In this document: piece after piece, positions 31,194 through 40,839 of the stretch
Layout: each line of letters begins with the position of its first letter
Position numbering within the stretch: the stretch's first letter is position 1
Assembly: GCA_965198235.1 (NCBI GenBank)
Contig: OZ240248.1
Span: 4,480,001-4,544,000 of the forward strand
DNA: 64,000 bases
Reading direction: 5' to 3'
Source of the DNA: Candidatus Poribacteria bacterium
Lineage (GTDB): Bacteria; Poribacteria; WGA-4E; WGA-3G
Position numbers and translations under genes: made by a program
Notes under the pieces: generated by a model
Told to the model about the DNA's origin: nothing
Seen by the model: the letters and a program-made list of their open reading frames with translations, nothing else
The model's database searches: none

Positions 31194-31778
31194 TTACCAC
31201 CGCATCGCTGCCTCGCGATAGAGTTGAATCTGTTCCATATTGCGAGGCACAGCCACGTGGATAGATCTGCGTTTCCGATTCACATCTCTGAGTACAATGG
31301 GTGCGCGAAGCATATTTGTCATCGTAACAATGCCGGAATGATAAAAAGTCCACATGCGTTGCTCGGTGTAAGGGTTTAGAACGTACTCTGAAGTGTGTTC
31401 AGAAGGATGCCCACCTACGTCAACAAAGAGGTCATGCTTCGGGTACTCCAGTTCGACACTCATATCATGCCCCTGTAAAAGCAGTTTTTCAGGCGGCGGT
31501 TTCGGTGAATATCCACTCAGTTTACATTTCCGAATCCGGATAGGCGCGCTTGATTTGTTAATCAGGTGCAACGAGACAACGATAGCGAGGCGATGGTTAT
31601 CGTCGCGGTTGATAAACCACGTATCTTCTGGGATAATCTCTACCGTTAACCCCGGAATCTGTCTTTTCCTGTTGTAGACAATCGCCAATGCTACAAAACT
31701 GATGAAGCCGAGGATCACCCAATTTCCGGTGGGAGTGGCTAAGAATTGAAGCAACTGCTTTAACGCTTGTTGTAGCAC
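31194..31778 (-). CDS. hypothetical membrane-anchored protein
   Basis: N-terminal TM; start overlaps the end of tsaC. Confidence 0.6.
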   Translation of the reverse strand: MLQQALKQLLQFLATPTGNWVILGFISFVALAIVYNRKRQIPGLTVEIIPEDTWFINRDDNHRLAIVVSLHLINKSSAPIRIRKCKLSGYSPKPPPEKLLLQGHDMSVELEYPKHDLFVDVGGHPSEHTSEYVLNPYTEQRMWTFYHSGIVTMTNMLRAPIVLRDVNRKRRSIHVAVPRNMEQIQLYREAAMRW

Positions 31779-32371
31779 GCGAACTCCTTGGCGAGTGTTT
31801 CTTCTGAAATCACGCCGTGTCGTCGAACAAGTGGCGGCGAGACAGAAATGTCGTAAACTGTAGAAGGGATGGGACCCGGGGTCTTCCCTCCATCGACTAT
31901 CACATCAATTCGTGAGGAGAGTTTTTCACCAATTTCTTGAGCAGAGGTGGCTGGCGATTCTCCAGAGAGGTTCGCGCTCGTTATTGCCATCGGTCCACCA
32001 AACGCTTGGAGGATTTTCAAAAGTAGTGGATTGTCTGGAATCCGTACCCCGACAGTGTTCCCTCCAGCGGTTAAAACTGGCAGCAGTCCTTTGCTTTCAA
32101 TAACGATAGTCAAACCGCCGGGCCAAAACCGATCTGTGAGGTGGAAGAAGAAATCCGGTAGATTTTGAGAGAAGCGATGGATATCCGCAACCGAACTGAG
32201 AACGAGTGGAATCGGATTCCCATCGGGCCGTCCCTTCACTGTATAGAGTTTTTGCACGGCACTCGGATTAAACGGATCGGCTCCCAATCCATAGACTGTA
32301 TCGGTGGGGATAGCGACAATACCGCCTGACTTTAGGCATTTTACGGCTTCAGAACAGACATCAGATTCCAC
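31760..32371 (-). CDS. tsaC: threonylcarbamoyl-AMP synthase (YrdC/Sua5)
   Basis: PTDTVYGL, KGRP, FWPG.LT, TSANLSG, PST. Confidence 0.92.
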   Translation of the reverse strand: MESDVCSEAVKCLKSGGIVAIPTDTVYGLGADPFNPSAVQKLYTVKGRPDGNPIPLVLSSVADIHRFSQNLPDFFFHLTDRFWPGGLTIVIESKGLLPVLTAGGNTVGVRIPDNPLLLKILQAFGGPMAITSANLSGESPATSAQEIGEKLSSRIDVIVDGGKTPGPIPSTVYDISVSPPLVRRHGVISEETLAKEFACYNKR

Positions 32372-32456
32372 TTTTTTAATTTTCCTTGCGGTTCGTTCAT
32401 GTAGATTTTACGAAGGACGTTCCTTTCCGTAGAGTCAGGCGACCTACGATCTTGAG

Positions 32457-33554
32457 CTAAGCAGAAAGGACAAGAGACCCGTTCGGAGCAGCATTCAGAG
32501 AAAGCCCGTCTCGGAGCCCTTGCTGATATTTTTGGTAAGCGATTCCCGCGATCATTGCGCCGTTATCCGTACACAAATGCATCGGCGGATAGTAGACTTC
32601 TGCCCCAATCTCCGCAGCGGCGACTTTTAGTGAAGCACGCAACTGACTATTTGCGGCAACGCCACCCGTCAACGTTATAGCCCCAACACCAGTGGCTTTC
32701 GCTGCGCGAAGTGATTTGTAAACAAGGACATCCACGACAGCCGCTTGAAAACTGGCGGCAATATCTTCGATAGTTATCATATCAGGGTTTGTAGGCTTCA
32801 CATCCTCTTGTCCGTTCTCCACAAGTAGACCTGCCCGTCGCGCTTTCTCAACAAAATAGCGCACTGAGGTTTTGATACCGCTAAAACTGAATTGGTAGTC
32901 GTCGGTATTCCGCATCGGTCTTGGAAATTTTACCGCCGAAGGGTCACCTTTCTGTGCGAGGTCATCAATCACTTTTCCGCCGGGGAAACCGAGCCCGAGG
33001 TACTTCGCGACCTTATCGTAGGCTTCACCGGCGGCATCGTCTTGTGTACTACCCAATACTTTATATTGCCACCCTTCGTGAACTTCGACAAGCAACGTAT
33101 GCCCGCCAGAAACCGTGAGGCAGATATGCGGAAATGTTAGGGTATCATGCACCGGACGTTTCGATAGTAAGTTTTGGCTTGCAAGCTGCGCCAAAAAGGG
33201 TGCATAGATATGTCCTTCAATGTGATTGATACCGAGCAACGGCAGATTGTGGCAATAGGCAAGACTTTTCGCCGCGGCAACTCCGACAAGCAACGCTCCG
33301 ATTAAGCCGGGACGATTCGTCACCGCTATCGCTCCCAAGTCCTTAAATGTCACACCCGCTTCTGCCAACGATCTACTCACGATGTAATTAATCGCTTCAA
33401 TATGTTTACGCGATGCGAGTTCCGGGACAACGCCACCGTATTCCTGGTGCACTTCAATCTGTGAAGAAACAACGTTGGAAAGGATTTCCTTGCCATCAGC
33501 AACAACTGCAGCAGCGGTTTCATCACATGAGGTATCTATACCGAGTATTTTCAT
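32457..33554 (-). CDS. tsaD: tRNA N6-threonylcarbamoyltransferase
   Basis: GIDTSCDET, GGVVPELASR.H, NHIEGH, VSGGHT, DDAAGEAYDK, FSFSG, CTDNGAMI. Confidence 0.96.
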   Translation of the reverse strand: MKILGIDTSCDETAAAVVADGKEILSNVVSSQIEVHQEYGGVVPELASRKHIEAINYIVSRSLAEAGVTFKDLGAIAVTNRPGLIGALLVGVAAAKSLAYCHNLPLLGINHIEGHIYAPFLAQLASQNLLSKRPVHDTLTFPHICLTVSGGHTLLVEVHEGWQYKVLGSTQDDAAGEAYDKVAKYLGLGFPGGKVIDDLAQKGDPSAVKFPRPMRNTDDYQFSFSGIKTSVRYFVEKARRAGLLVENGQEDVKPTNPDMITIEDIAASFQAAVVDVLVYKSLRAAKATGVGAITLTGGVAANSQLRASLKVAAAEIGAEVYYPPMHLCTDNGAMIAGIAYQKYQQGLRDGLSLNAAPNGSLVLSA

Positions 33555-33790
33555 AGTTCTTTGTTTAACTGCAGACGGGCAGAAATCGGTAAATTAAATA
33601 GTTCATCGCGCAGCAACCGCGTGGAAAAGAATAAAACTTCAAGATTTTCAATATCCCCCGTGTCTGGGTTAAAACGCGCGATGGTCTCGTCAGTAAGCTC
33701 CTCGCTTTCCTGTTCTGGATACGGAGGGCAAGTGTTTACGTACAAAATATCAGCATCTCTGTCATATTGAAAAGTCAGGTTCGTTTCCAT
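33551..33790 (-). CDS. DUF2283-like putative antitoxin, orphan
   Basis: YDRDADILYV motif; ATGA overlap with the tsaD start. Confidence 0.65.
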   Translation of the reverse strand: METNLTFQYDRDADILYVNTCPPYPEQESEELTDETIARFNPDTGDIENLEVLFFSTRLLRDELFNLPISARLQLNKEL

Positions 33791-33816
33791 TCGACATCTC
33801 ATCTTTTTTTTTGTTT

Positions 33817-33936
33817 AGGACTTACGCAGTTCACCCGTTTTCGTGCGGTCTTTCGTTCGTAGTAGCGCAATTCATTGCGCGTTCTTCGGTAATATCCGCT
33901 CAATGTCGGCATCGACTCCAAATTTGCGTAAGTTCT
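33817..33936. mobile_element. MITE-like element, family C
   Basis: AGGACTTACGCA ... TGCGTAAGTTCT terminal inverted repeats; second copy at 55366-55485. Confidence 0.7.
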
Positions 33937-33952
33937 ATTGTTGTAAAACAAT

Positions 33953-35179
33953 CTACGAACCAGCCTTAGTAAATTGCTTCCCCGGCAGTTGCTGAACAAC
34001 ACCTTTGAGCTCCAACATCAAAAGCATACTTGAAACCTGACTAATCGGCAGTTGGGTCGTCCGAACGATGGTATCAATATGCGATGACGGCACTTCGATA
34101 GCATCAAAAATCGTCTTCTCATCTGGTGTTAAATCAGGTGGAGGTGGAGTAGAGACAGGTTGTCGCGCTTCAGGGGAAGGTTGCGGGGATACAAGTTCAG
34201 CGTCACTCTTCTCAACAGCGGATGCTTGTGCAGGCACTGTCTCCATATCTGGCACCAGCGATGGTGATGCTTGGGGCTGGATTTGATTTAGGACGTATGG
34301 CGGTAGTTCGTTGAGCAGATCGTCGACGGTGTTAATGAGTTTCGCACCGTCATTAATTAACTTGTGGGTCCCCGCTGAGAGTTCAGAGAAGATCTCACCG
34401 GGTACTGCGAACACCTCTCTGTTCTGTTCAGCCGCGAGACGGGCGGTAATCAACGCTCCACTACGGTTTGATGCCTCTACGACAACAGTACCAAGCGTCA
34501 ATCCACTAATGATACGGTTACGGCGCGGGAAATTTCTTGGCTTCGGTCTGGCCGCCATTGGGAATTCAGAAATCAATGCCCCGGATGCCTCAATTTTCTC
34601 AGCGAGGGGGCTATTCGCCGCAGGATAAACGACACTCAAGCCGTTTCCCATTACCGCAATTGTTCTGCCACCTGCTTCAAGCGCGCCGCGATGGGCTGAT
34701 GTATCAATACCTTTGGCAAACCCGCTCACCACTGTTAAGCCGCGCTGCGCGAGCTGGTAACTCAAATGGTAACTCACCTTCCGCCCGTAATTCTTGGCGT
34801 TTCGAGAACCGACGAGGGAAATGCTAAGCGCGTCTTCAGGCGTGAGTTTCCCTTTTACATACAGCACAAATGGTGGTGTGTCAATCTCCTTCAAGTGGAG
34901 TGGATATGCGGCATCATAGAGTGTTACAATCTGACAACCATATTTGTGTATCAATTCAAGTTCACGTTCTATTGGATACAAAACGGGCTTGTGAATTAAG
35001 AGGTCACATACCGCTGGCGACAGTTGATTTGTTTTTCTGAGTTCGTCCGGTGTTGCCTGAAGTGCCCGCTCTGTACTACCAAAAACGTCCCGCAAGACTT
35101 GGACGGTTTTGAGTCCCACACCCTGAATTAGATTTAAATGAATTAGACTGATTGTGTCGTTAGACAGCATCTCTTCCAC
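33953..35179 (-). CDS. dprA: DNA-processing protein DprA
   Basis: VGSR, VVSG.A.GID..AH, FPRRNRIISG, SGALITA, C-terminal winged helix. Confidence 0.95.
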   Translation of the reverse strand: MEEMLSNDTISLIHLNLIQGVGLKTVQVLRDVFGSTERALQATPDELRKTNQLSPAVCDLLIHKPVLYPIERELELIHKYGCQIVTLYDAAYPLHLKEIDTPPFVLYVKGKLTPEDALSISLVGSRNAKNYGRKVSYHLSYQLAQRGLTVVSGFAKGIDTSAHRGALEAGGRTIAVMGNGLSVVYPAANSPLAEKIEASGALISEFPMAARPKPRNFPRRNRIISGLTLGTVVVEASNRSGALITARLAAEQNREVFAVPGEIFSELSAGTHKLINDGAKLINTVDDLLNELPPYVLNQIQPQASPSLVPDMETVPAQASAVEKSDAELVSPQPSPEARQPVSTPPPPDLTPDEKTIFDAIEVPSSHIDTIVRTTQLPISQVSSMLLMLELKGVVQQLPGKQFTKAGS

Positions 35180-35185
35180 CTTTTA

Positions 35186-35312
35186 ATAGCCGTCGGCAGT
35201 CAGCCGTCGGCAGTCAGCAAGAGAATCTTGTGGCAGGTGAAAACGATAGTAACCGCCACAACGATTTACTGAAAGCCGACAGCCGGCGGCTGAAAGCCAA
35301 TAACCACTGAAA
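35186..35312. repeat. inverted heptamer tandem array
   Basis: (GCCGTCG/GCAGTCA)n ... (CTGAAAG/CCGACAG)n. Confidence 0.6.
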
Positions 35313-35319
35313 AGGGTTA

Positions 35320-35910
35320 CTACTGTTCCGCCGTGCCTGCTTCCATCGGATCCGGTGGGAGCGCGTAATAGAGTTCAATTTCCTGAATCTCTTTATATTC
35401 TTGTGCAGTGGGTGCCCCAGTTTCGCCACGGGTTGAGCGTTTCTGCCCACCGACCCGACGCGAATCCCAACGGCGCGGTACTTTGAGACGAAACTGAGTC
35501 GTCACAATCGGATTATTCAAAGTGAACCGGTACACAGGACGTATGTTGTCACGGACTTCTTTTACCGTGATCCATTTTTCCTCTTCATTCATATACTGAG
35601 CGGCAAAGAATTCCAGTTGTCCCGGTTCGGCTTTCACGACAACCTGTTGAATCGTCTGCGGCTGTCGCCATTTGAGAACAACCTCCGTGTATTTATCAGA
35701 CTCCATTTGGGATGCCTCATCCTTCCCGTCTTCGAGAATAGGCCCCGTCTCTCCTATTGAGTAGATATTGTCGTCATGGAGTCTTGTATCCTGGCTTGTT
35801 GCGTCAAGTGCAATGTTCTTGCTCCAATTATACGCTGGGTTTGACGCGAGAATACAACCTGACAACCCAATCACCACACAGAGGGTCATTATCAATAATC
35901 CAAAACGCAT
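35320..35910 (-). CDS. lipoprotein with discoidin/F5-8-like beta-sandwich
   Basis: lipobox LSGC; NIAL..., W.TVKE, IQEIELY. Confidence 0.65.
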   Translation of the reverse strand: MRFGLLIMTLCVVIGLSGCILASNPAYNWSKNIALDATSQDTRLHDDNIYSIGETGPILEDGKDEASQMESDKYTEVVLKWRQPQTIQQVVVKAEPGQLEFFAAQYMNEEEKWITVKEVRDNIRPVYRFTLNNPIVTTQFRLKVPRRWDSRRVGGQKRSTRGETGAPTAQEYKEIQEIELYYALPPDPMEAGTAEQ

Positions 35911-36010
35911 GTATTGCCTCCTTGTTGCATAGAACGGCGCGGACGCCGTTCACTCTGGTATGAAGTTGAGGTGGCATTGTAGAAAAACCACCTTGTTGTC
36001 CAGTTTTATA

Positions 36011-36649
36011 TTACTCTAAATCGAGTAATTCATCAAGTTCTTTTTCACGCTTATCGGTAGCCTGTTCCACTTCCATCTGTTCAGCAGTTTTATAGCCGTA
36101 AAGTTCAATCTCTCGAATTTTTCCAACAGCGCGCCGACTCCCGATATTCCACCCTCTGCCGCCAGAACGTGCTCGTTCCTGTCGGCTCAACAGAGCGTCA
36201 TCTTTCGTGCCTAAAACGCGCAACCGAATCCGATCTGTCGGAAACGGAATCAGCAGTGAAATCTTAATCGGATTCTCTTTGGCACTCCTTATGTCCTTAA
36301 TTAACTGCCAGTCGGCATCAACCGCAATGCTACCTTTATCGGCATAAATATCAAACTCCATTAAATTGTCTGAATGCACGACAATCCGACGGATAATCTT
36401 CTTTTCCGGCAACATAATTATTACCTGTGAAGCGGGGTTCGCACCAATGAATCCCTGCGAACCTGCGGGGAAGGTGGTTTCACCGATAGTGTTTAACTTC
36501 CCATCAATCATCTGTGGGCTTGTCGCCTGTACGCCTTCCATGAGGGCATAATTTTCACTCCACTCCTGTTCCGAAAAGAGTGCGCTGCACCCCGCCAAAA
36601 TAACGGCAAAGCAGAACAGTGAAAAGAACGCAGTGAATCGATAAATCAT
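36011..36649 (-). CDS. lipoprotein with discoidin/F5-8-like beta-sandwich, paralog of 35320-35910
   Basis: lipobox LAGC; WSENYAL, IGET, IREIELY. Confidence 0.65.
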   Translation of the reverse strand: MIYRFTAFFSLFCFAVILAGCSALFSEQEWSENYALMEGVQATSPQMIDGKLNTIGETTFPAGSQGFIGANPASQVIIMLPEKKIIRRIVVHSDNLMEFDIYADKGSIAVDADWQLIKDIRSAKENPIKISLLIPFPTDRIRLRVLGTKDDALLSRQERARSGGRGWNIGSRRAVGKIREIELYGYKTAEQMEVEQATDKREKELDELLDLE

Positions 36650-36742
36650 CTTTCTACTCCTTTAATATCGCGCTCAGGCACAAGCCCTCGCGCTACGAAT
36701 ATTCTGATCGCTTCTATACGTAAGCAGAACCAATCTAATCGG

Positions 36743-38158
36743 TTAAGATATAATTTTCCAAGTAGCCCCCTCGCGGGTGTCCTGAATTTCAATGTTAAGT
36801 TCTTTAAGCCTGTCCCGAATTTTATCGGATGTATCCCAATCTTTGCGACTTCGAGCCTCTTGTCGTACCTCCAGCAATAGCGCAATGAGCTGGTCGCGTT
36901 GCTCCACGTCGTTGTCATCCTGGGCATCCATATTGTAAATTCCGAGTACTTGGCAGGTTTCAGTCAACGCCTGATATGCTTGTGCGAAAATGGGTGCAGC
37001 TGCTCCATCGGAAATGCTGAGCGATCTGTTGACTTCGCCAACAAGCGTGAAAATAGCACCGAGTGCCTGCGCGGTGTTGAAGTCTGTATCCATCGCATCG
37101 GTAAACCGCGACTTCATCGTTTCGATGGCGTGCTGAAGTGGCGAGGTCTCGGTTTCGCTTGCATTAAACTGCCCATCGTACTTTTTCAACGCGTCCAAAC
37201 AATTGTTCAAACGTCTGAGAGCTCCTTCGGATTTCGTCAAACTTTCCGGATTGTAGTCAAGTGGGTGTCGGTAATGTGCGGAAATCAGGAAATGACGAAT
37301 TACCTCGGTGGGATAATGGTCGAGAGCGTCTCGTAGGAGAATAAAATTCTGTTCCGATTTGCCCATTCGTCTGCCATCAATCTTCAAAAAAGCAACGTGC
37401 ATCCAGTAGCGTGCGAAGGTACATCCTGTCGCCAATTCGCTCTGTGCTATCTCATTTTCGTGGTGTGGGAACTGCAAATCTTCGCCACCTGCGTGGATAT
37501 CAAGAGTCACACCGAGATGTTTCATCGCCATGGCAGAACATTCTATATGCCACCCGGGTCTGCCTCTACCCCATGGACTCTCCCAAGAAGGCTCACCCGG
37601 CTTCGCAGCTTTCCACATATCAAAATCCCGCGGATCCTCCTTCCGCTCATCAATTTCAACTCGCGCGCCCGCGAGCAGATCCTCTGGCTTCCGATTGGAA
37701 AGTTTTCCATACTCAGCAAAGTGATTCACGCGGTAATAAACACTCCCATCCATGACATAAGCCGCCCCTTTATCAATCAGGATTTGAATTAAACTTATCA
37801 TCTCTGGGATGTGTTCGGTTGCTTTTGGATGGACATCTGCGGGATGGATACCGAGGCGTTGGGAATCCTCGAAGAACGCTTCGCCGTTCTGATGCGCGAG
37901 CTGCTTTGCACTGACACCTAACTCTGCCGCACGATTAATAATCTTGTCATCAATATCCGTCAAATTTTGAACCAGTTTGACTTTGTACCCTCTATATACC
38001 AAATAGCGCCGAATAATATCTGTTACTAAAGCAGTGCGTGCGTTGCCCATGTGAACGTAATCGTAAACAGTCGGACCGCAACTATAAATAGACACCTGTT
38101 CGGGATTTAGTGGGACAAAATCCTCCAATTGTCGGCTCAGCGAGTTATAGATTTTCAT
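36743..38158 (-). CDS. cysS: cysteine--tRNA ligase
   Basis: YSCGPTVY, HMGN, GRPGWHIECSAM, FPHHENEIAQ, RMGKS; true start MKIYNS. Confidence 0.96.
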   Translation of the reverse strand: MKIYNSLSRQLEDFVPLNPEQVSIYSCGPTVYDYVHMGNARTALVTDIIRRYLVYRGYKVKLVQNLTDIDDKIINRAAELGVSAKQLAHQNGEAFFEDSQRLGIHPADVHPKATEHIPEMISLIQILIDKGAAYVMDGSVYYRVNHFAEYGKLSNRKPEDLLAGARVEIDERKEDPRDFDMWKAAKPGEPSWESPWGRGRPGWHIECSAMAMKHLGVTLDIHAGGEDLQFPHHENEIAQSELATGCTFARYWMHVAFLKIDGRRMGKSEQNFILLRDALDHYPTEVIRHFLISAHYRHPLDYNPESLTKSEGALRRLNNCLDALKKYDGQFNASETETSPLQHAIETMKSRFTDAMDTDFNTAQALGAIFTLVGEVNRSLSISDGAAAPIFAQAYQALTETCQVLGIYNMDAQDDNDVEQRDQLIALLLEVRQEARSRKDWDTSDKIRDRLKELNIEIQDTREGATWKIIS

Positions 38159-38331
38159 TTTTTTAACTATGGGCTCCTGGGCAAAGAAACACCGTTTTTG
38201 CTTGGGGTGTTTTTGCTTGGGTATTTCTGCGTATTGCTTGGGGTTTTTGCTTGGGAATTTCTGCGGATTTCCCTGCGGATTTCTTAAGCAAAAACCCCTC
38301 CACTTCGTTTCGGGCAGGTTTTCGGTTAATT
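38159..38331. repeat. start-codon-adjacent repeat family A with inserted TTGCTTGGG tandem array
   Basis: TTTTTTAACTATGGGCTCCTGGGC identical to 42202-42225; TCCACTTCGTTTC loop. Confidence 0.8.
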
Positions 38332-38504
38332 TCATGCTGCGTTTGCTATCGGCTCGGTTTCTACGGTAGATTCCAGAATTAATTGGACATTGTGACCGAT
38401 GCGTTTGCGGCACCCACAAAGGTGGCAGCCACAAGGGCACCCCCTACAAGATGTTTATTTATTTTTAGAATTCACCATAAATACACAGAGGAAAACAAAA
38501 ACAT

Positions 38505-38978
38505 CTATAGCCGAGAAAGGCAGGCGGTAGCGTGAGCGACAATCGCTTTTCCCTCACCGACAACGCCCAATTCTTCCGATGTGGTAGCCTTAACGTTTAC
38601 CTGCGCCACGGCAATATCAAGCGTTTTGGCAAGCCTTGCGCGCATCTCCGAAATGTAGGGTGCCAATTTCGGGCACTGCGCGATAACTGTACTGTCTATA
38701 TTTTCAATCTGGTAGCCACACTGTCTCACTTTCGCTGCGGCATCACCAAGGAAAATAAGACTGTCCATTCCTTGATAACAATCATCTGTATCGGGAAAAT
38801 GTGTGCCAATATCACCGAGTGCGGCTGCTCCTAAAATCGCATCTACGATTGCGTGGGTCAGGACATCCGCATCTGAATGTCCTAACAATCCCAAATGATA
38901 TGAGATCTCAACGCCACCGAGAATCAATTTTCTATCAGAGACCAATCGATGAACGTCGTAACCAATACCTACTCGCAT
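38505..38978 (-). CDS. ispF: 2-C-methyl-D-erythritol 2,4-cyclodiphosphate synthase
   Basis: [28 protein letters not shown]. Confidence 0.96.
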   Translation of the reverse strand: MRVGIGYDVHRLVSDRKLILGGVEISYHLGLLGHSDADVLTHAIVDAILGAAALGDIGTHFPDTDDCYQGMDSLIFLGDAAAKVRQCGYQIENIDSTVIAQCPKLAPYISEMRARLAKTLDIAVAQVNVKATTSEELGVVGEGKAIVAHATACLSRL

Positions 38979-39037
38979 TCTTTCTCTTACATTTTCACTA
39001 CAGAGATTTATGAAAAATGGAGGAAACAGAAAAACAT

Positions 39038-39754
39038 CTACCAAAGGGTAGCATCTGAGATCAACACTTCAGCCACTCGCAAATCAATGGGTGTAGTTAT
39101 CTTTAGATTCGCGTAACTTCCCTGCACCAACTTAACAGGAAAACCGAGCTGTTCAACAAGAGAGGCATCATCAGTGGCTGTAAGTTGGCGCGTTTGCGCT
39201 GCTTGATGTGCCTCTTCTAAAAGAGATTTCCGAAAGACCTGAGGTGTTTGCACCGCCCACAGCTGATCACGCCCCGGTGTTTCAACAATGAAACTGTCTT
39301 GGTTGGCGACTTTAATTGTATCCTTGACTGGAACAGCAGCAACAGCAGCACCACACTCGTCTGCCGCGGTGAGGCATGCGAAAATTATCTCATCCGTCAC
39401 AAAAGGACGCACCCCATCATGGACAATTACAAAATCAACATCTGACGACAGGGCACGTACACCGTTATAGACGGACATCTGACGGGTTTCTCCTCCCTCA
39501 ACAAGTTCCTGCACCTTTGTAAACGGATAGGGACACAACACAGCGGCTCGACACTCACTAAAATCGTCTTGGTCAACAATGACGAAAATCGCGTCCACAG
39601 CACTATTTTGCTCAAACCGCTGAATAGTATGTGCCAAAATTGGCTTTTGCGCCAATTTTAAGTACGGCTTTTTAACCGAATGCGCCATCCGGCTTCCTTT
39701 ACCAGCTGCGGGGATAAGAGCGCATACCTTGCTGTTCATCAGTGTCCATTTCAT
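39038..39754 (-). CDS. ispD: 2-C-methyl-D-erythritol 4-phosphate cytidylyltransferase
   Basis: [36 protein letters not shown]; start may be 39739. Confidence 0.95.
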   Translation of the reverse strand: MKWTLMNSKVCALIPAAGKGSRMAHSVKKPYLKLAQKPILAHTIQRFEQNSAVDAIFVIVDQDDFSECRAAVLCPYPFTKVQELVEGGETRQMSVYNGVRALSSDVDFVIVHDGVRPFVTDEIIFACLTAADECGAAVAAVPVKDTIKVANQDSFIVETPGRDQLWAVQTPQVFRKSLLEEAHQAAQTRQLTATDDASLVEQLGFPVKLVQGSYANLKITTPIDLRVAEVLISDATLW

Positions 39755-40727
39755 TTTCTTTTATTCGCGTGAAAATCATTTGACCTGCACTCGTCCGTAA
39801 CATTTGTGTAACCTCAACGTTAAGGGTACTTCCGATGTACGGCTTCCCATCTTCAACAATTACCATTGTTCCATCATCAAGATAGCCAACTCCCTGATTC
39901 GGTTCCTTGCCTTCTTTCAGGAGAAGCACTTGGATTACCTCACCGGCAATGACGACAGGACGGACAGCATTTGACAATTCGTTGATATTGAGGACTTTCA
40001 CACTCTGCAATTCAGCGACTTTGTTGAGGTTTAAATCATTTGTGATAATCGTTGCCTCTCGCTGTTGTGCGAGATGAACCAACTTTGCATCAACTTCCGG
40101 CAAATGCGGTACTTCTTCCTCTGAGATCTCAACATCAATCGCTGGGTTGTTCTGAAGCGCGCGGAGAATATCGAAACCGCGCCGTCCTTTATTTCTGCGT
40201 AGTGGTTCCGTTGAATCCGCAATATGTTGCAGTTCATTGAGAACAAACCGTGGAATGACAAGTGTGCCTTCAATAAATCTCGTTTGACAGATCTCAAGAA
40301 TTCTGCCATCAATAATAACACTTGTGTCTAAAATTTTGAAGTTACTTGCAGTTTGAACCGAACGTGACTCGCCAGGACGAGCAGACGCACTTGATCCGAG
40401 TAGTTGGCTTAAATCCAGTGTCGTAGAGAGATGGTAACCCCCCATCATGCCCACGTAACCGAGACTGAGAACAATCACTATCTTTAGATTACCATCAAGT
40501 TGTGAAAGCAGAGGTAGTATGGCGAGAGAGACTAATAGACCTACAGCAAGCCCCATCAGACTCGCAATGATGCTACGCACGCTGGGTGTACGCAGACAAA
40601 TTTCTGCCCCAACAAGCAGAAGGGCAACAACAAATCCGACAACCGCTGCGATCGGGTCCCTGTAAATGATATAGCAGCTTGCCGCACTTGCAATTATAAA
40701 AAAGAGACGGATACCCCAAACTTTCAT
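39699..40727 (-). CDS. PIN/TRAM-domain membrane protein (YacL)
   Basis: LDTSVIIDGRI, GRRG.DIL, TND.NLNKVA, GYLDDGTM; radA-yacL-ispD-ispF-cysS synteny. Confidence 0.9.
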   Translation of the reverse strand: MKVWGIRLFFIIASAASCYIIYRDPIAAVVGFVVALLLVGAEICLRTPSVRSIIASLMGLAVGLLVSLAILPLLSQLDGNLKIVIVLSLGYVGMMGGYHLSTTLDLSQLLGSSASARPGESRSVQTASNFKILDTSVIIDGRILEICQTRFIEGTLVIPRFVLNELQHIADSTEPLRRNKGRRGFDILRALQNNPAIDVEISEEEVPHLPEVDAKLVHLAQQREATIITNDLNLNKVAELQSVKVLNINELSNAVRPVVIAGEVIQVLLLKEGKEPNQGVGYLDDGTMVIVEDGKPYIGSTLNVEVTQMLRTSAGQMIFTRIKENEMDTDEQQGMRSYPRSW

Positions 40728-40742
40728 TTTTTCTACTCCATT

Positions 40743-40835
40743 AATAGTTAACAGTTGTCAGTTGTCAGTTGTCAGTTAAGAGGTTTTCGTTTAGCAATCC
40801 CCCCTTTTAACTGCTAACTGTTAACTGACGGCTAT
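40743..40835. repeat. inverted heptamer tandem array
   Basis: (CAGTTGT)n ... (AACTGCT/AACTGTT/AACTGAC). Confidence 0.65.
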
Positions 40836-40839
40836 CTAA

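Noticed and set aside
38190-38290. CRISPR array or repetitive N-terminal extension of CysS
   Set aside because: Units are short, degenerate and lack unique spacers; the extension is just translated repeat DNA upstream of MKIYNS.
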